A DNA stretch of 63,915 nucleotides, the filler included, from Octopus bimaculoides (Eukaryota), in the NCBI RefSeq assembly GCF_001194135.2. It is 7 parts of 7 records of this genome, joined end to end, with 100 filler letters (N's around TTAATTAATTAA, not from the genome) between each part and the next. Parts side by side here need not be neighbours in the genome. Positions count along the whole stretch, not along the records: positions 61,571 to 62,705 come from NC_069008.1; positions 62,806 to 63,915 come from NC_068996.1; 5 more parts are not named here. One strand, 5' to 3'. Of this stretch, positions 61,690 to 63,915 are shown one piece after another; the stretch's first letter is position 1; each line of letters begins with the position of its first letter. Both the position numbers and the translations under genes were made by a program. The notes beneath the pieces were generated by a model. The model made no database searches. It worked only from the letters and a program-made list of their open reading frames with translations, and was not told the DNA's origin.

Positions 61690-62260
61690 TAAAAGTACTT
61701 TGCTTTCCAACTGTCTGGTTTTGAGTTCAGTTCTGGAGCATAGCACCTTGGACAAGTGTCGTCTACTATAGCCCCAGGCCAACCAGAATCTTGTAAGTGG
61801 ATCTACTGAGGTTTCCATTTCGTGGTCTCTTTCAATTTCCATATACCAGCCATTGTGGTTTCATGGCATGAAGCAAAGCATCCACTGACACCAGTAGACA
61901 ACTGGTACTTAATTTATCCACCCTGAAAGGATGTCTTTGGTGGAATTTGAACTCAGAACATAGCATGGGCAAAATAGTGCTAACGATTCTGCCAGCTCAC
62001 CGCCTTAATACTAATAATACTAATAATAATAACAATAATGATGGTTTCAAATTTTGGCACAAGGCCAGCAAGTTCAAGAGGACGGGGCTCATCGATTACA
62101 TTGGCCCCCACTGCTCGAGTGGTACTTACCTTACGGACCCTCAAAAGGACGAAAAGCAGAGTTGACCTCAGTGGAATTTGAGCCGAGAATGTAGGTACAG
62201 GCGAAATGCTGTCTTGCATTTTGTCTGTCGTGCTAACGAGCTGGCAGAATCATTAAACCA
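61690..62260. mobile_element. Degenerate SINE B (+) and tandem SINE C copies (-)
   Basis: GAGTTCAGTTCTGGAGCATAGCACCTTGGACAAGTGTCG; head reverse complement ending 62007 followed by (AAT)n and a further C body. Confidence 0.7.
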
Positions 62261-62705
62261 TTGAAGAAAATGGTTAGCAGCATTTGCTCTCATCTTTTGC
62301 CCAGTTCCAGGGTGGGTTGACGGCGTCCATTTGATTACATTCACCCCCCCCCGCCCCACACCGAATAATAATTGAAAAATGGGACAGTGATGGTATGAAC
62401 AAGTGTGATCGATAGGTCAGCTGGAGCAGACATGACCTAGGGCTAAACAATCACAACAGCAACAATGCCGAAGAATATCCTAAACAATGAGACAAGTGTA
62501 GGGCATGCCCTTCCTCACATTTGGCAGTCAGAAACCTGAAACCCAGGGGGTTTATGTTGGGCCCTTAAAAAAACAAGAAAGCATTGAGCTGCAATTAAGG
62601 GTTTTCTAAGTATAAAGTGGGGTGGGGGTGGAGGAGGAGGGCAAGGTACTTATATATCTTTTTTATATTTTATTTATCTATTTATCATTTAAATAGCAAA
62701 GGAAG

Positions 62706-62805
62706 NNNNNNNNNNNNNNNNNNNNNNNNNNNNNNNNNNNNNNNNNNNNTTAATTAATTAANNNNNNNNNNNNNNNNNNNNNNNNNNNNNNNNNNNNNNN
62801 NNNNN
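62706..62805. other. Artificial scaffold linker
   Basis: 44 N + TTAATTAATTAA (62750-62761) + 44 N. Confidence 0.95.
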
Positions 62806-62837
62806 TATATATACGTATGTATATATATATATATATA

Positions 62838-63116
62838 AATGCCTGTCATCGCCACAGATGGAGGAAGCAGGTTGAGGAGGAATCGACACTTTTGAGAGAG
62901 CACGTTTTCTGCATGAATAACTTAAGCGTGCAGCTCGAAAGCGCACTGCTGGTGTAGTGAGTGGGGAAAGCTTGGTCTGCAATGTTAGCAGTCGTCTATG
63001 CATTAGCCACCAACGGAGCCGCAAATGCAAAATATAAGTTAGTTCTAGAGCGCACAATGTTCCTGAAGGTCAGCAATGGTCTTCCTCGCAAGTGGACGAC
63101 CATCATATACATATAT
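62838..63116 (+). mobile_element. BovB-like RTE 3' terminus (C-terminal Zn-finger remnant + tail)
   Basis: ACHRHRWRKQVEEESTL/...ESLVCNVSSRLCISHQRSRKCKI* then tail GGTCTTCCTCGCAAGTGGACGACCATCATA. Confidence 0.7.
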
Positions 63117-63648
63117 GACCAAGCTTTCCCCACTCACTACACCAGCGGTGCGCTTTCGAGCAGCACGCTTAAGTTCTTCATGCAGAAAACGTGCTCTCTC
63201 AAAAGTGTCGATCCCTCCTCAACCTGCTTCCTCCATGTGTGGTGATGACAGGCATTGTTCTCCCAGTAATTCTCCTGCATGAGTACTTGACACAGTCCTT
63301 AAATCGCAGCCTTGTTTTCTGCCGGGGTCTCTTTCCATTCACAAGTTCCCCATATAGCATCTGCATAGGAATCCTGCTATCTTTCTTTCTAATAAGGTGT
63401 CCAGTCCAACGTAACCATCGCCTCAATACTCAAGATATCAGCTGTCCTTAGGACCTGTGTGTCTGGAGTTTTTAAGGTCCAGCCAACATTTAGAATACGT
63501 ATGAGACATCTACGATGAAAGCATTCAAGGAACCTTACATGACGTTTGTAAAGGGTCCATGTCTCACATGAGTAAAAGAGTGATGTCAGTACACATGCAC
63601 GGTACACAACAATTTTTGTTTGCTTTGTGATGTCATGCTGGGACCAGA
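63117..63648 (-). mobile_element. BovB-like RTE LINE fragment (post-RT region)
   Basis: WSQHDITKQTKIVVYRACVLTSLFYSCETWTLYKRHVRFLECFHRRCLIRILNV and LRWTGHLIRKKDSRIPMQMLYGELVNGKRPRQKTRLRFKDCVK: RTE-1/BovB-type motifs, distinct from the RTE at 46105. Confidence 0.88.
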
Positions 63649-63737
63649 GGCTATAGTAGAAGACACTTGCCCAAAGTGCCACGCAGAACCATGTGGTTGA
63701 TAAGCAAGCTACTTACCACACAGCCACTCCTGCGCCT
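63646..63737 (-). mobile_element. SINE B head (internally deleted)
   Basis: Reverse complement of GGCGCAGGAGTGGCTGTGTGGTAAGTAGCTTGC...TGGCACTTTGGGCAAGTGTCTTCTACTATAGCC. Confidence 0.8.
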
Positions 63738-63868
63738 ATAATTTATTTTATATTTAAGGAAAAAAATTATATATTTTGTATTAGTTTTTTCCTCAATTGA
63801 TTTTCCACGCTGTCTACTTGATAAACCTTATATAGGATTTATCCTTATATTCTATATAATAATAATCA

Positions 63869-63915
<47 letters not shown>

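Noticed and set aside
62838-63648. Twin-priming 5' inversion as the explanation of the LINE inversion
   Set aside because: Twin priming places the inverted piece upstream of the sense 3' segment; here it lies downstream of the tail.

Overview
AT-rich eukaryotic draft-assembly DNA, saturated with microsatellites and retroposons and about one-sixth N. The repeat content suggests an octopus or other coleoid cephalopod (inference, not a database result). Six identical 100-bp spacers (44 N + TTAATTAATTAA + 44 N) split the window into seven artificially joined segments, so adjacency across them is unproven. Two host genes are supported. (1) The first coding exon of TRAF4 (RING finger; minus strand, 18073-18215). 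(2) Nine phase-compatible exons from the C-terminal half of CFAP47 (plus strand, 40362-57122); one runs into an N gap and the last appears to end in a GC donor. The rest is tRNA-derived SINEs (four families, my labels A-D), RTE-clade LINE fragments, a BovB-like RTE, a decayed Penelope-like element, a rearranged mariner, piggyBac-like and foldback MITEs, and a 30-bp minisatellite. Almost all other ORFs in the track are microsatellite or N-gap artefacts. There is no CRISPR array, rRNA or genuine tRNA gene. Most unusual observations: a Penelope GIY-YIG endonuclease with 129 codons, mostly Asn/Ser/Thr-rich, between its two signature motifs; possible antisense nesting of TRAF4 inside CFAP47; a mariner transposase with an internal inversion; and several long intronic inverted repeats that could be dsRNA substrates. 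Repeat boundaries are approximate unless stated as exact, and family and orthology calls come from recalled sequences, not searches.
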